Source of the DNA: an uncultured Collinsella sp.
GTDB taxonomy: Bacteria; Actinomycetota; Coriobacteriia; Coriobacteriales; Coriobacteriaceae
Direction: 5' to 3'
Assembly (NCBI GenBank): GCA_900757285.1
Contig: CAAENI010000299.1
Location: 1 to 48,173 of the forward strand
Length of the DNA stretch: 48,173 nucleotides
The position numbers were made by a program, and so were the translations under genes. This document shows positions 8,883-19,546 of this stretch, in pieces. How positions within the stretch are numbered: position 1 is the first letter of the stretch; every line of letters begins with the position of its first letter. The notes beneath the pieces are model-generated. The model had not been told where the DNA came from, searched no databases, and saw only the letters and a program-made list of their open reading frames with translations.

Positions 8883-10358
8883 CTATTTCTTATTGCGCAT
8901 CTGCGCTTCCATCTGGCGCAGCAGGTCCATATCGGACTTAGGACCACCCGTTCCCAGGCCGCCCATGCCGCCCAAGCCCATGGCATCCAGACCGGGAATA
9001 TTGGGCATGCGCATCTTCTTGCCCTTCTTGCCCTTTTTGCCCTTCTTGCCGCCGGCCTGTGCCTGATTGGCCATCGTGCGCATGCGGCCCATCATCTTGT
9101 TCATCTCGCCCCACTGCTTCATAAGGCTATTGACCTCGGTGGGGGTCACACCGGCGCCCTTGGCGATACGCGCGCGACGCTGGCCGTTGATGATGGAGGG
9201 ACGCAGACGCTCCTCCTTGGTCATCGACATGATGATGGCCTCGTTCTTGTCGAAGATGCCCTCGTCCAGGTTACCGCCCATCTGGTTGAGCGCGCGCTGG
9301 CCACCGGGGAGCATGCCCAGGATACCCTTCATGCCGCCCATCTTTTTGACGGCTTTCATCTGGTCGAGCATGTCGTTCATGGTAAAGCCCTCGCGCAGCA
9401 TGCGCTCGGCAGCCTCGAGCTGTTCGGCATCGGCGGCCTCCTGGGCCTTCTCGATGATGCCGACAACGTCGCCCATGCCCAAGATTCGCTTGGCCATGCG
9501 ATCGGGATAGAACGGCTCAAGCGAATCGGGTTTCTCGCCCATGCTCACAAACTTGATGGGCTTGCCGGTCACCTGACGCACCGAAAGCGCGCCACCGCCA
9601 CGGGCGTCACCGTCGAGCTTGGAGATAATCACACCATCAAAGTCGGTGCGCTCAGCAAACGTCGAGACCACGTTGACGATATCCTGGCCGGTCATGGCGT
9701 CGACGACCATCAGCACCTGGTCGGGCTTGACGGCCTTCTTGATGTCGACGGCCTCCTGCATCATCTGCTCGTCGATCTGCAGGCGGCCGGCGGTATCGAC
9801 GATGACCACGTCACGCAGGTGGTCGACGGCCTCCTGGATGGCGCCCTTGGCGATGTCGACCGGATGCTCGCCGTCACCGCGGAAGACCGGCACGCCGATC
9901 TCGCCACCGAGCGTGGCAAGCTGGTCGGCAGCAGCGGGACGGTAGACGTCGCACGCGGCGAGCAGCGGCGAGCGGCCCTGCTTCTTGAGCAGGTAGGCAA
10001 GCTTTACGGCAGCCGTGGTCTTACCGGAGCCCTGCAGGCCCACGAGCATGATGACATTAGGAATGCGGTTGCTAAAAACGAGCTTGCTCTCGGTTGAGCC
10101 AAGCATCTCGGTGAGCTCGTCGAGCACGATCTTGACGACGTTTTGCGCCGGCGACAGCGACTCCATGACCTCGGCGGTCATGCAGCGCTCCTTGGTCTTA
10201 GCAACGAACTCCTTGACGACCTTAAAGTTAACGTCGGCCTCGAGCAGCGCCATGCGAATGTCGCGCATGGCCGAGGTGATATCGGCCTCGGTCAGCTTAC
10301 CCTTGCCGCGCAGGCGGTCAAATGTGTCGTTGAGGCGATCGCTCAGAGAATCAAACAC
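8883..10358 (-). CDS. ffh: Signal recognition particle protein
   Basis: ALLEADVN, GLQGSGKTT, DTAGR, KLDGDARGG, M-domain RRARIAKGAG. Confidence 0.97.
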   Translation of the reverse strand: MFDSLSDRLNDTFDRLRGKGKLTEADITSAMRDIRMALLEADVNFKVVKEFVAKTKERCMTAEVMESLSPAQNVVKIVLDELTEMLGSTESKLVFSNRIPNVIMLVGLQGSGKTTAAVKLAYLLKKQGRSPLLAACDVYRPAAADQLATLGGEIGVPVFRGDGEHPVDIAKGAIQEAVDHLRDVVIVDTAGRLQIDEQMMQEAVDIKKAVKPDQVLMVVDAMTGQDIVNVVSTFAERTDFDGVIISKLDGDARGGGALSVRQVTGKPIKFVSMGEKPDSLEPFYPDRMAKRILGMGDVVGIIEKAQEAADAEQLEAAERMLREGFTMNDMLDQMKAVKKMGGMKGILGMLPGGQRALNQMGGNLDEGIFDKNEAIIMSMTKEERLRPSIINGQRRARIAKGAGVTPTEVNSLMKQWGEMNKMMGRMRTMANQAQAGGKKGKKGKKGKKMRMPNIPGLDAMGLGGMGGLGTGGPKSDMDLLRQMEAQMRNKK

Positions 10359-10368
10359 TGGTTACTCC

Positions 10369-11286
10369 TTAATTGGACTCGCCCACCAGGGCGCGGCAGA
10401 AATCTTTGGCATTGAACTCCTGCAGGTCATCGACCTGCTCGCCCACGCCGATGCGCAGGATCGGGAGCTTGAGCTTCTCGGCCACGGCCATGGCGATACC
10501 GCCCTTAGCCGTGCCGTCGAGCTTAGTCATGATAATATCGTCCAGGCCCAGCGCCTCGTTAAACTCGAGCGCCTGGTTCAGACCGTTCTGGCCGGTGGCG
10601 GCATCGATCACGAGCACGACCGAGACGGGCATGGGGCCGGCGGCCATATTGGCGGCGCGCTTACGCGTCACGTTAACCACCTTGGCAAGCTCGCGCATGA
10701 GTTCGGGGCTTGTGTGCAGACGACCGGCGGTGTCGATCAGCACCAGGTCGCTGCCGCGCCTGTCGGCCTCATCGAGCACGTCGTAGCACACGCTCGCCGG
10801 GTCGGAACCGCGATCGCGCTTGATGACGGGGACGCCGGCGCGCTGACCCCACACATCGAGCTGCTCGATGGCGGCGGCGCGGAAGGTATCGGCAGAACCG
10901 ATCACCACGTTCTTGCCGCGGGCAGCCATGGCGCTCGCAATCTTGCCGACCGTTGTGGTCTTGCCGGCGCCGTTGATGCCCACAAACAGCACGCAGCTCG
11001 GCGTATCGGAAAACGGATCACGCTCAACAGGCACAAAATGGCCCTCGAGCTGCTCGGCCAGAGCGCGGCGAAGCTGCGGGGCGGTCTTAAGGTTCTTCTT
11101 GGCAGCAGCATCGCGCAGGTCATCGGAGACCTGAATAGCGACCTCGGCACCCATGTCACCCATGACGAGGGTGTCCTCAAGGTCCTCCCAAAAGTCCTCG
11201 TCGACCTCGCCGCCAAAGTAGAAGACCTCGTTGAGGGCCTCGCGGCTGCGCTCAAGTCCGCGCGAGAGAGCGTCAAAGAATCCCAT
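10369..11286 (-). CDS. ftsY: SRP receptor FtsY
   Basis: GINGAGKTTT, DTFRAAA, DTAGRL, TKLDGTAKGG. Confidence 0.97.
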   Translation of the reverse strand: MGFFDALSRGLERSREALNEVFYFGGEVDEDFWEDLEDTLVMGDMGAEVAIQVSDDLRDAAAKKNLKTAPQLRRALAEQLEGHFVPVERDPFSDTPSCVLFVGINGAGKTTTVGKIASAMAARGKNVVIGSADTFRAAAIEQLDVWGQRAGVPVIKRDRGSDPASVCYDVLDEADRRGSDLVLIDTAGRLHTSPELMRELAKVVNVTRKRAANMAAGPMPVSVVLVIDAATGQNGLNQALEFNEALGLDDIIMTKLDGTAKGGIAMAVAEKLKLPILRIGVGEQVDDLQEFNAKDFCRALVGESN

Positions 11287-14200
11287 TATGCATTCACGAC
11301 CTTTCCGGTTTCGCGATCGAGTTTTTGCGAGACGACGCGGCTGACGCCGTCGGCTTGCATCGAGACGCCATAGAGAACGTCAGCGTCCTCCATAGTACGG
11401 CGCTGATGCGAAATGACCAAGAGCTGTGTATCGGAACGCAGCACATCGAGGGCTCCGATGAGCTTGGACAGGTTGGCGTCATCAAGCGCCGCCTCGACCT
11501 CGTCCAGCACATAGAACGGCACCGTGCGCGTGCGGTACACGGCAAAGAGCAGGGCGAGCGCCGTCAGACTCTTCTCGCCACCCGACATGAGCATCATCTT
11601 GGTAATGCGCTTGCCGCGCGGCTGCGCCACAACCTCAATGCCCGTCTCGGCAGGATGCTCGGGATCGGTCATCTCAAGATGAGCCTGGCCACCCGGGAAC
11701 AGCATGGCGAAGATCTCGCGGAAGTTCGCGTCGACCTTCTCAAACGTCACCAGAAACGCCTTGCGCATCTTGCGATCAATGGCCACCGTGATCTTGGTGA
11801 GCGCCTTGCGCGCGCTCTCCAGATCAGCCAGCTGCTCCTCGATGTAGTCGGCGCGGCGCTTGAGCTGCTCGTACTCCTCCATGGCAACCTGGTTCACGGG
11901 GCCCAGATTGTTGATCTGGCGCACAAGCTGGTTGAGCTCGCGCTCGGCGGCATCGCGATCGGTGGGCGCCGGCAGCATGAGCGCTTCCTCGAGCACCGTG
12001 GTACCGTCGGCGGTAATAGCCTTGATGGCCGCCTCTACCTGCACCTCGAGCTTGCCGCGCGCAACCTTGAACTCATTTTGCGTCGCCGTGGCGGCATCAA
12101 CCCGCTCCTTGGCACGGGAGACCCCGGCCTTGGCATCCTCGATGGTCTTCTTGAGCGAAGCGGAGTCCGCCTCTTCCAGAGAGGCCTGGTCACGCAGGCG
12201 CGCTGCCCAATCCGATGCGCGTTCCAACAGGGCAGAATAGCGTTCGTGCATGGGGTCGACGCGCAGGCGCAGCAGCTCGAGCGAGCGCGAAGCCTGGCGT
12301 GTTCCGCGGATACGACGGTCGATGCCCTCAAGACGATGCTCAAGGTCGGGCACGCGGCCCTTCAGCGAACGCAGGCGCTCGCTCGTCTGGGCCAGGCGCA
12401 CCTTGGCATCGGCGAGCTTACCGGCGGCCTCGGAATCGTCACGGCGAACGCGATCGAGCTCATCGTTGGCCTCGGCAATCTGGAGACCCAGGTCGCTTGC
12501 CTGTGCACGCGCCTCGTCACGCGAACGGGTGAGCTCGTCAACGCGCGGGCGCGCAGCGCGAACGGCCTCGGAGGCCTGCTCGCGGCGCTTGGAGATGCGC
12601 ACGCGCTCGACCTCGGCATTGTTGACGCTTTGCTCCAAGCGGCCGATCTCGGAGAGCAGCGAGCGGCGCTCGCCCTCAAGACGGGCGATCTCACCGGCGG
12701 CATCGCCCTCGGCGGCACGTGCCTCCTCGACGGCGGCGTTGGCCTCAACGACTTGGTCCGAAGCATGCTCAAAGATGGCAGCCAGATCGGGTTCCAGGCC
12801 CTCGAGCTCACGGATGCGGCGCTTGCGCTCCAAGGCACCCGAAGCCTCGCCGGCATCGAGCCCCACGCGCACCAGACCACCACAGCTCACGCGGGCGCCA
12901 TCGGGAGTCACGTAGGTCACACCGTCAACGACAGGGGCAGCCAACGCGGCAGCCAAGTCATCGACCACGTAATAGCCGCCGAGAAGGGCCTCGACAACCG
13001 GGCCATAACCGGAGCGCACGGACAGACAATCGACCAGACGCGTACCGGCAGCGCCATTGGCAGCAGCACCACCGCTCACGCCGCGCGCCACCAACAGCGC
13101 CTCGCCCGAAGCCTTCTTTTGGTCCAAAGCCGCACGACCGGCGCGCTCAAGCGTAGCGGCATCATCAAACAAAAGAGCATCGATATCGCCGGCAAGTAGT
13201 TGCTCAACCAGGCCCTCAAGCTCACGAGGGGCGTCGAGCACGTCGCCCAGACGGCCTGAGACATCATCGCCCAGTGCGCCCATCAGACGGCTCACCAGCG
13301 GCGAGCTGTCTGCCATGCGGGCATCAAGCTTCTTTTGGCTGGCAAGCTCCGAGCGCACCTCGGACAGCTTGTTGCGCGCCTCGCTCTCACGATTACGCAA
13401 GTCCTTCAGGGCTGCACGGGCGACCTCGGTGGCCTCGCGCGCATCGTTCTGGGCCTGACGAGCCGCCTCAAGGGCACTCTCAAGCTCCTCAGCACGGTCG
13501 CGACGGCTATCAAGCGATGCTGTAACCTCCTCGAGCTGTTCATCAATCTGCTCCAGGCGCGAGGCGTACATGTTGTCCTCGACCTCGGCGTTGCTCAGCG
13601 AGTCCTTCACCTTAGCGAGCTCAAGCGCGGCGTTATCGGCCACGCGCTGCACATCGCGTTGCTCACGCGTAAGCTGCGAAATCTGATTGTCGAGCGCCAC
13701 GCGCCGCTCGTGAAGCTCAGCGGTGGCAGGACCAGCGGCGTCAACGTCCTCCTGGGCCTGCATGTGCGCGCCGGTCACTTCCTCAAGCTGCGCACGCGCA
13801 TCCTCGAGCTCCTCGACTACGCAACGGCGCTGATGCTCGGAGCTCGAGATCTGGCCGCGCATGTCGGACAGGCGCGACACCATGTTGTGGCCCTTTTCCT
13901 CGAGCAGGCGCATGTCGGAATTAATGCGGCCGACCACATCTTGCATGTGCCGGCGCTGCTCGCCCAAGTCGCCCACAAACAGGCCCTTTTCTTCGAGCAT
14001 GACCTGGAGCTTCTCGAGCTCGCGCTCTTTCTCACCCAGACGGTACTGCGCAAGCTCCAGCTCGGCGGCGCCTTCCTTGGAGCGGCTCTCCAAGTCGTTC
14101 CACTGCGACTGCAGCGAACGAAGCTCGTCGACGGCCAGCATCTGCGTAAGTTCGTTCGCGCGCGAGGACAGCTCATTGTACTTGCGCGCGCGATCGACCT

Positions 14201-14822
14201 GACGCTCCAGCGGCCGCAGCTGACGGGCGATTTCCTTATTGATGTCGCGGGCACGGGTCAAGTGCTCGCCCATCGATTTAATCTTTTTGAGCGCACGCTC
14301 CTTGCGGCGTTTGTGCTTGGAGATGCCGGCGGCCTCCTCGATGAGGGCACGGCGCTCCTCGGGGCGGCTCTGCAAAATGGCGTCGAGCTTGCCCTGGCTG
14401 ATGATGGAATGCGTATCCTTACCCAGGCCCGAATCGTGCAGGATGTCCTGAATGTCCATCAGGCGGCACGGGCTCGAGTTGATGAGGTACTCGCTTTCGC
14501 CCGAGCGATACATGCGCCGGGTGATGGCGACCTCGTCAAAGTCGACGGGCAGCATATGGTCCGAGTTATCGAGCACCAGCGTGACCTCGGCGACACCCAC
14601 CGGCTTGCGCGCCGACGAGCCCGAGAAGATGACGTCCTCCATGGCCTGGCCGCGCAGCTGCTTGGCGCTCTGCTCGCCCAGGACCCACAGAATCGAGTCG
14701 GAGATGTTCGATTTTCCCGAGCCGTTGGGACCGACGATGACGGTTAGGCCCGGCTCAAACGTCATATGGGCGCGGTCGGCAAACGACTTGAACCCTTTGA
14801 GCGTGAGGGACTTGAGATACAC
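11286..14822 (-). CDS. smc: Chromosome segregation protein SMC
   Basis: GFKSFA, GPNGSGKSN, long coiled coils with hinge, MSGGEKSL, LDEVEAALD; GTG start. Confidence 0.97.
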   Translation of the reverse strand: MYLKSLTLKGFKSFADRAHMTFEPGLTVIVGPNGSGKSNISDSILWVLGEQSAKQLRGQAMEDVIFSGSSARKPVGVAEVTLVLDNSDHMLPVDFDEVAITRRMYRSGESEYLINSSPCRLMDIQDILHDSGLGKDTHSIISQGKLDAILQSRPEERRALIEEAAGISKHKRRKERALKKIKSMGEHLTRARDINKEIARQLRPLERQVDRARKYNELSSRANELTQMLAVDELRSLQSQWNDLESRSKEGAAELELAQYRLGEKERELEKLQVMLEEKGLFVGDLGEQRRHMQDVVGRINSDMRLLEEKGHNMVSRLSDMRGQISSSEHQRRCVVEELEDARAQLEEVTGAHMQAQEDVDAAGPATAELHERRVALDNQISQLTREQRDVQRVADNAALELAKVKDSLSNAEVEDNMYASRLEQIDEQLEEVTASLDSRRDRAEELESALEAARQAQNDAREATEVARAALKDLRNRESEARNKLSEVRSELASQKKLDARMADSSPLVSRLMGALGDDVSGRLGDVLDAPRELEGLVEQLLAGDIDALLFDDAATLERAGRAALDQKKASGEALLVARGVSGGAAANGAAGTRLVDCLSVRSGYGPVVEALLGGYYVVDDLAAALAAPVVDGVTYVTPDGARVSCGGLVRVGLDAGEASGALERKRRIRELEGLEPDLAAIFEHASDQVVEANAAVEEARAAEGDAAGEIARLEGERRSLLSEIGRLEQSVNNAEVERVRISKRREQASEAVRAARPRVDELTRSRDEARAQASDLGLQIAEANDELDRVRRDDSEAAGKLADAKVRLAQTSERLRSLKGRVPDLEHRLEGIDRRIRGTRQASRSLELLRLRVDPMHERYSALLERASDWAARLRDQASLEEADSASLKKTIEDAKAGVSRAKERVDAATATQNEFKVARGKLEVQVEAAIKAITADGTTVLEEALMLPAPTDRDAAERELNQLVRQINNLGPVNQVAMEEYEQLKRRADYIEEQLADLESARKALTKITVAIDRKMRKAFLVTFEKVDANFREIFAMLFPGGQAHLEMTDPEHPAETGIEVVAQPRGKRITKMMLMSGGEKSLTALALLFAVYRTRTVPFYVLDEVEAALDDANLSKLIGALDVLRSDTQLLVISHQRRTMEDADVLYGVSMQADGVSRVVSQKLDRETGKVVNA

Positions 14823-14832
14823 GGTTCCTCGC

Positions 14833-15558
14833 TTAAACAAGCTTCTTGTTGAGAATCACGCCGTTAGTGGTGTAACCCATGCGGTCGAGCGCCTCGAGCG
14901 CAGCGGCTCCCTCGGCCTCCTTCTTGGAGGAACCGGTGCCGCGGCCCTGGCGAATACCGTCGATGAGCACCACGGCGGTAAAGGTCGGTGCATGCGCCGG
15001 GCCTTCAGAGCCAACGAGCTTGTACGCCGGAGGCTCGTGGCCGTCGGCTTGCACGCACTCCTGCAAAAACGACTTGGGGTTCGCAGGATGCTCGGCACGC
15101 TCGGAGGCCAAATGGGGCTTAAGCGTACGGTGGATGAACTCCGCCGCCGCATCCCAGCCAGCATCCAGATACAGCGCGCCCACGAGCGACTCATAGACGT
15201 TCTCGAGCGCCGAGTGCAGGCCGCGCGCGCCGGTACCGGTCTCGGAGGCACCAAAGATGATGATGTCGTCGATGCCCAGCTCATGGGATACCTCGGACAG
15301 CGTGGCACCCGAGACGAGCGACACCTTCAGGCGCGTAAGCTTGCCCTCGTCAAACTCCGGATAGGACTCAAAGAGCGAACGGGCGACGACGGCGCCCAAA
15401 ATGGAATCGCCCAAGAACTCAAGGCGCTCATAGCTGGCAGAAACCGGCTGGCCCTCGACGGCCGAGGGATGCGTAAGCGCCGCGCGCAGCAGCACCTTGT
15501 CATTGAACTCGTGGCCAAGAATCTCCTGGGCGCGCGTAAGTCGTTCGGATAAAGCCAA
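14833..15558 (-). CDS. rnc: Ribonuclease III
   Basis: ERLEFLGDSIL signature; dsRBD with PKSFLQE and GSSKKEAE. Confidence 0.97.
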   Translation of the reverse strand: MALSERLTRAQEILGHEFNDKVLLRAALTHPSAVEGQPVSASYERLEFLGDSILGAVVARSLFESYPEFDEGKLTRLKVSLVSGATLSEVSHELGIDDIIIFGASETGTGARGLHSALENVYESLVGALYLDAGWDAAAEFIHRTLKPHLASERAEHPANPKSFLQECVQADGHEPPAYKLVGSEGPAHAPTFTAVVLIDGIRQGRGTGSSKKEAEGAAALEALDRMGYTTNGVILNKKLV

Positions 15559-15561
15559 GAC

Positions 15562-15804
15562 CTAAGCCTCCCTGGCGTTTTCGATCGCGTCGACGGCGTC
15601 GGCGACAGAGTTGAGCGAGAGCAGGGTCTCGTCATCGATCTCGAGATTGAACTCGTCCTCGATAGCCGTAACCAGTTGCAGGCGCTCGAGCGAGTTGGCA
15701 TCGAGATCGTCAAAGGTGGTCTCATCGCTAATTTCGGCAACATCGACGCCCAGAACGTCAGCAGCGACCTCGGCGATCTTGTCGAAGATTTCGGAGCGGT
15801 CCAT
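15562..15804 (-). CDS. acpP: Acyl carrier protein
   Basis: 80-aa acidic protein with DLDANSL phosphopantetheine-site variant, between plsX and rnc. Confidence 0.9.
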   Translation of the reverse strand: MDRSEIFDKIAEVAADVLGVDVAEISDETTFDDLDANSLERLQLVTAIEDEFNLEIDDETLLSLNSVADAVDAIENAREA

Positions 15805-15840
15805 AGCGCTTCCTCTCATAGTGCATGAATACCAAAAGAA

Positions 15841-15862
15841 TGGTACCGCCCGGGCGGTACCA
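15841..15862 (-). terminator. Perfect 22-bp palindrome, probable terminator after plsX
   Basis: TGGTACCGCCCGGGCGGTACCA followed by TTCTTTT on the minus strand. Confidence 0.6.
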
Positions 15863-15928
15863 AGACACGGTTCTGATTCTACCCCACGAAGCAGGCCGCG
15901 AGGCACATAACAGCGCTCTAACTCGCTC

Positions 15929-16954
15929 TTACAAAACGATGCCGTCCATGGAGTTGGCGACGTTCTCGACCAGCCCCGCGCGCACGGCTTCGGCCGCCGC
16001 GAGCGTACCGTTTTTAACAGCCTCGACCGATGTGGCGCCATGGCCGATCAGGACCACGCCACGCAGGCCCAAAAGAATCGCGCCGCCCTTGGCATCACCA
16101 GAGAGCTTGGCCTTAATCTCGCGCATCTGCTTTTTGATGAGCAGCGCGGCGATCTTGGTGCCGAGCGAGGCCATAAAGGCGCCCTTGAGCTCCTGTAGCA
16201 AAAACTTGGCAGCGCCCTCGGTAGCCTTGAGAGCGATATTGCCCGACATGCCGTCGGCAACAACGACATCGAAATTGCCCGAGGTGAGGTCGGTGCCTTC
16301 GCAGTTGCCCACAAAGCCGGGAACGGCGGCTTTCATGGCCGGGAAGCAGGCCTTGGTAAAGTTGGAACCCTTCTCATCCTCGGTGCCATTGGCAAGCAGG
16401 CCCACGCGAGGATGCTCGATGCCCAGGACAACGCGGGCATAGGCGCTACCCATCTGGGCAAAACGCACCATGTCGTCGACCTCGACATCGGGGTTGGCGC
16501 CCATATCGCACAGCACCGTCAGACCGCCGGCGCGATTGGGCAGCGCATTGGTCAGACAAGGGCGCACCGGCTGCTTCTTGCCTTCGGCCATATATCTAAA
16601 CGGTGTGACGTAGGCGGTCGCGGCAGCTGTCATGGCGCCGGTCGAGCCGGCGGAGAAGAACGCGTCCGCATTTCCCTTCTTGATGGCGCGGCACGACAGC
16701 ACGATCGACGATTTACGCTTGGTCATCACGGCGCGAATGGGATCGTCATTCATGGCGATAACGTCGGGTGCCTCAAGGGCCTCAACACGTGCATGGGAAG
16801 CAGCAAAGGGATTGACGATTTCGGCGGGGCCAGCTGCCAAGACCTCGATATCGGGATCGGCGGCAAGCGCAGCCTCGATACCATCGAGAACAACCTGAGG
16901 TTTCTCGTCTCCGCCCACAACGTCTACACAAACGCGAACGTTACTCATATACAT
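15929..16954 (-). CDS. plsX: Phosphate acyltransferase PlsX
   Basis: VDVVGGD, SAGSTGA, DMGAN, VVADGMSGNIALK, GAILLGL..IGHG. Confidence 0.95.
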   Translation of the reverse strand: MYMSNVRVCVDVVGGDEKPQVVLDGIEAALAADPDIEVLAAGPAEIVNPFAASHARVEALEAPDVIAMNDDPIRAVMTKRKSSIVLSCRAIKKGNADAFFSAGSTGAMTAAATAYVTPFRYMAEGKKQPVRPCLTNALPNRAGGLTVLCDMGANPDVEVDDMVRFAQMGSAYARVVLGIEHPRVGLLANGTEDEKGSNFTKACFPAMKAAVPGFVGNCEGTDLTSGNFDVVVADGMSGNIALKATEGAAKFLLQELKGAFMASLGTKIAALLIKKQMREIKAKLSGDAKGGAILLGLRGVVLIGHGATSVEAVKNGTLAAAEAVRAGLVENVANSMDGIVL

Positions 16955-17035
16955 GCTCCTTATACAAAAATGGCCGACTCATTGAGCCGGCCATTGTGGT
17001 TCCATTTGGAACGGCATCGCATCCAGAGTATAGCG

Positions 17036-17215
17036 TTACTCGGTAACGATAACCTCGCGGTCCTTATAGAAACCGCAGCTGGGGCACACGTGGTGCGGAA
17101 GCTTGACAGCGCCGCAACGGGGGCACGTGGACTGAGCCGCAGCCGAGATCTTCATGTTGGCGGAACGACGGGTGTGAGTGCGGATACGACCCTGCTTTTG
17201 TTTAGGTACGGGCAT
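17036..17215 (-). CDS. rpmF: 50S ribosomal protein L32 (zinc-ribbon form); absent from the ORF track
   Basis: Manual translation MPVPKQKQGRIRTHTRRSANMKISAAAQSTCPRCGAVKLPHHVCPSCGFYKDREVIVTE; canonical position between yceD and plsX. Confidence 0.95.
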   Translation of the reverse strand: MPVPKQKQGRIRTHTRRSANMKISAAAQSTCPRCGAVKLPHHVCPSCGFYKDREVIVTE

Positions 17216-17279
17216 AGTGACCTTCCTTATGAACTATCCAGTGTGGCGATTACGCGCAAGTAGCGATACTACCACAGTT

Positions 17280-17834
17280 TTACTCATCGAGCTTGAGATT
17301 CTTCAATGCTGCAAATGGATTTTCCGTGGCAGCGGCCCATTCTGCCTCTGCCTGGGCGGCGCAATCGCATTGCTCGACGTTGAGATTACAACCGCAAGTG
17401 GGGCACAGACCGCGGCAATCGGGCTTGCACAGAACGACAAACGGCGTGTCCATGACGACCGCGTCGTTGATGGGCTCACCCAAATCGACGATGCGGTCCT
17501 CACCCAGGAGCTCGTAGCCGTCCTCGTAGGCCTCGGGATCCTCGGGCTCCTCGAAGAGGTAGAACTCCTCGATCTCGCCGGCGATATCAAACGAGGCGGG
17601 CTCCAGACAACGGTCGCACTCGCCGGTGGCGTGCGCGCGAACCATGCCCGTGAGCAAGACACCGGTACCGGCATTGGTAAAGACAACGTCGTAGTCGATG
17701 CCGTCCTGTAGCTGATACTCCTTCTCGCCCACCATGTAGCTGGCGACGTCGACCTTACCGGTCAGCGGATACGAATCACCAGGAAACTCGAGCTGCTCGG
17801 AAAGATCGACGGTAACGCTCGGGAACTCAGCCAT
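17280..17834 (-). CDS. DUF177/YceD family protein
   Basis: CDRCL and LCKPDCRGLCPTCGCNLN motifs, upstream of rpmF. Confidence 0.92.
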   Translation of the reverse strand: MAEFPSVTVDLSEQLEFPGDSYPLTGKVDVASYMVGEKEYQLQDGIDYDVVFTNAGTGVLLTGMVRAHATGECDRCLEPASFDIAGEIEEFYLFEEPEDPEAYEDGYELLGEDRIVDLGEPINDAVVMDTPFVVLCKPDCRGLCPTCGCNLNVEQCDCAAQAEAEWAAATENPFAALKNLKLDE

Positions 17835-18331
17835 TACCACTGACCATTCTGCTGGGCGGCACCCTCGTTGAGCTGCTGACGGCAACGGGTAACGGTGCCG
17901 GTCAGGCTCTTGAGGTTCTCCTCCAGGTGCGTAAAGACCTGCTCTGCGTAGTCCTCGGCAGCATAACGCGTCTCGCGCTCGTACTGCTGGGCACGATCAC
18001 GGATGTCGTCGGCCTGCTGCTGCGCTAAGCGGACGATCTCCTGCTCACCGGCAATGGTGAGGGCCTGCTGCTGAGCGTCGGCGATGATGGAATCGGCCTG
18101 AGCGGCGGCGGAAGCCATAAGCTCCTCGCGCTCCTTAAGGATACGGCGGGACTTCTGCCACTCCTCGGGATAGCTCATGCGGATCTCGTCGAGGATGTTG
18201 AAGAACACGTCGGCGTCGATGACCTTGAACTGAGCGTTCTTGCCGAAAGGCGGCTTGGCTTCCTCGATCAGCCCTTCGAGCTCATCGACCAAGCTGACGA
18301 TCCTATCGCCAGGAAAATTCTCGCCCGGCAT
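17834..18331 (-). CDS. Conserved coiled-coil protein (SepIVA/Rv2927c-like position between coaD and yceD)
   Basis: LVDELEGLIEEAK..PF N-terminus and heptad-rich body; AAGGAGA RBS; synteny. Confidence 0.75.
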   Translation of the reverse strand: MPGENFPGDRIVSLVDELEGLIEEAKPPFGKNAQFKVIDADVFFNILDEIRMSYPEEWQKSRRILKEREELMASAAAQADSIIADAQQQALTIAGEQEIVRLAQQQADDIRDRAQQYERETRYAAEDYAEQVFTHLEENLKSLTGTVTRCRQQLNEGAAQQNGQW

Positions 18332-18399
18332 CCGGTCTCCTTTCATAGGTAACATATCATCGTGCTAGTTTACCACATGCCACCAGGCAATAAAAAACG

Positions 18400-18897
18400 T
18401 CACGAAAAGCGATGTCTGAGCGCTTCGACCACGTTGGGCGGGACAAACGTCGATACATCGCTGCCGAGTGAGGCGATCTGGCGAACGACCGAGCTCGAGA
18501 TATAGCCGTACTGCGGCGCACTCATGACAAAGATGGACTCCAGCTCGTTATCCAAGCGATAGTTGAGATCTGCCTGCTGCAGCTCGTACTCAAAGTCGGT
18601 CATGGCGCGCAGGCCCTTGACCACGGCCCCCGCCCCCTGCTCGCGAGCGAAGTCGACCAAGAGGCCGGTAAAGGGCAGGACCTCGACGCCGTCGATATCA
18701 CCGAGCGCCTCGCGGGCCAGCGCCACGCGCTCATCGAGCATAAACGTGGTACCCACACCGTTTTTACCCTGCGACTCGGCAACAGCGACGATCACACTGG
18801 GAAAGATGCGGCGGGCGCGGCGGATGACGTCGATATGGCCAAACGTGATGGGATCGAAGGTGCCCGGGACGATCACGCGGTTGATGGTGTCATTCAT
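18400..18897 (-). CDS. coaD: Phosphopantetheine adenylyltransferase
   Basis: PGTFDPITFGH, KGLRAMTDFEYE, ISSSVVR. Confidence 0.96.
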   Translation of the reverse strand: MNDTINRVIVPGTFDPITFGHIDVIRRARRIFPSVIVAVAESQGKNGVGTTFMLDERVALAREALGDIDGVEVLPFTGLLVDFAREQGAGAVVKGLRAMTDFEYELQQADLNYRLDNELESIFVMSAPQYGYISSSVVRQIASLGSDVSTFVPPNVVEALRHRFS

Positions 18898-19546
18898 GGT
18901 CGTCCTCCTGAAACGTCGTGGCATCGTTGTTGTGAGCATCGGTGCCAGCGCAATCTTCCTCACCATCGTTATCGCCGACCCAACGAAGCAGGTCGACCGA
19001 GGTAATGCCGTAGCGCTTCTCGCGCACGATCTCAAAGCCTGCCGGATGCGCGCCCGCATCGGCAGCGGCATGCTCAAACAGGGCATAAGCGCCAGGTGCA
19101 AGCAGACCCTGCTGAGCCAGCTTCTGCAGCAGCTCCTCGACCGGCTCGGCACCAAAAGCATAGGGCGGGTCGAGCAGGACCAGATCAAAGGGGCCGCCCG
19201 GCACACGACCGCGCGAGGCACTCGCCAGCATGTCGCCCGTTATCACGCGCCAACGCGCACGGTCACGGCAGAGCGACTCGATATTCTTGGTAATGAGCCG
19301 CGCGGCATTCCGATCGATCTCGAACGTCGTGAGCGAGCGGGCACCACGTGAGAGCATCTCTAACCCTAAGGCACCGGAGCCGCCAAAGGCGTCCAGGACG
19401 CGGACCTCGTCCAGATCGAAGTCGAATGCCGACATGACCATAGATGCGCATGCCTCGCGCACGCGATCGGTCGTGGGGCGGGTGACATCGCGACCACGGG
19501 GCTCCTCGATCTTACGACCGCGCCATTCGCCGCCGATGATTCTCAT
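18890..19546 (-). CDS. rsmD: 16S rRNA m2G966 methyltransferase
   Basis: MRIIGGEWRGR, RPTTDRVRE, LDAFGGSGALGLE, LDPPY. Confidence 0.95.
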   Translation of the reverse strand: MRIIGGEWRGRKIEEPRGRDVTRPTTDRVREACASMVMSAFDFDLDEVRVLDAFGGSGALGLEMLSRGARSLTTFEIDRNAARLITKNIESLCRDRARWRVITGDMLASASRGRVPGGPFDLVLLDPPYAFGAEPVEELLQKLAQQGLLAPGAYALFEHAAADAGAHPAGFEIVREKRYGITSVDLLRWVGDNDGEEDCAGTDAHNNDATTFQEDDHE

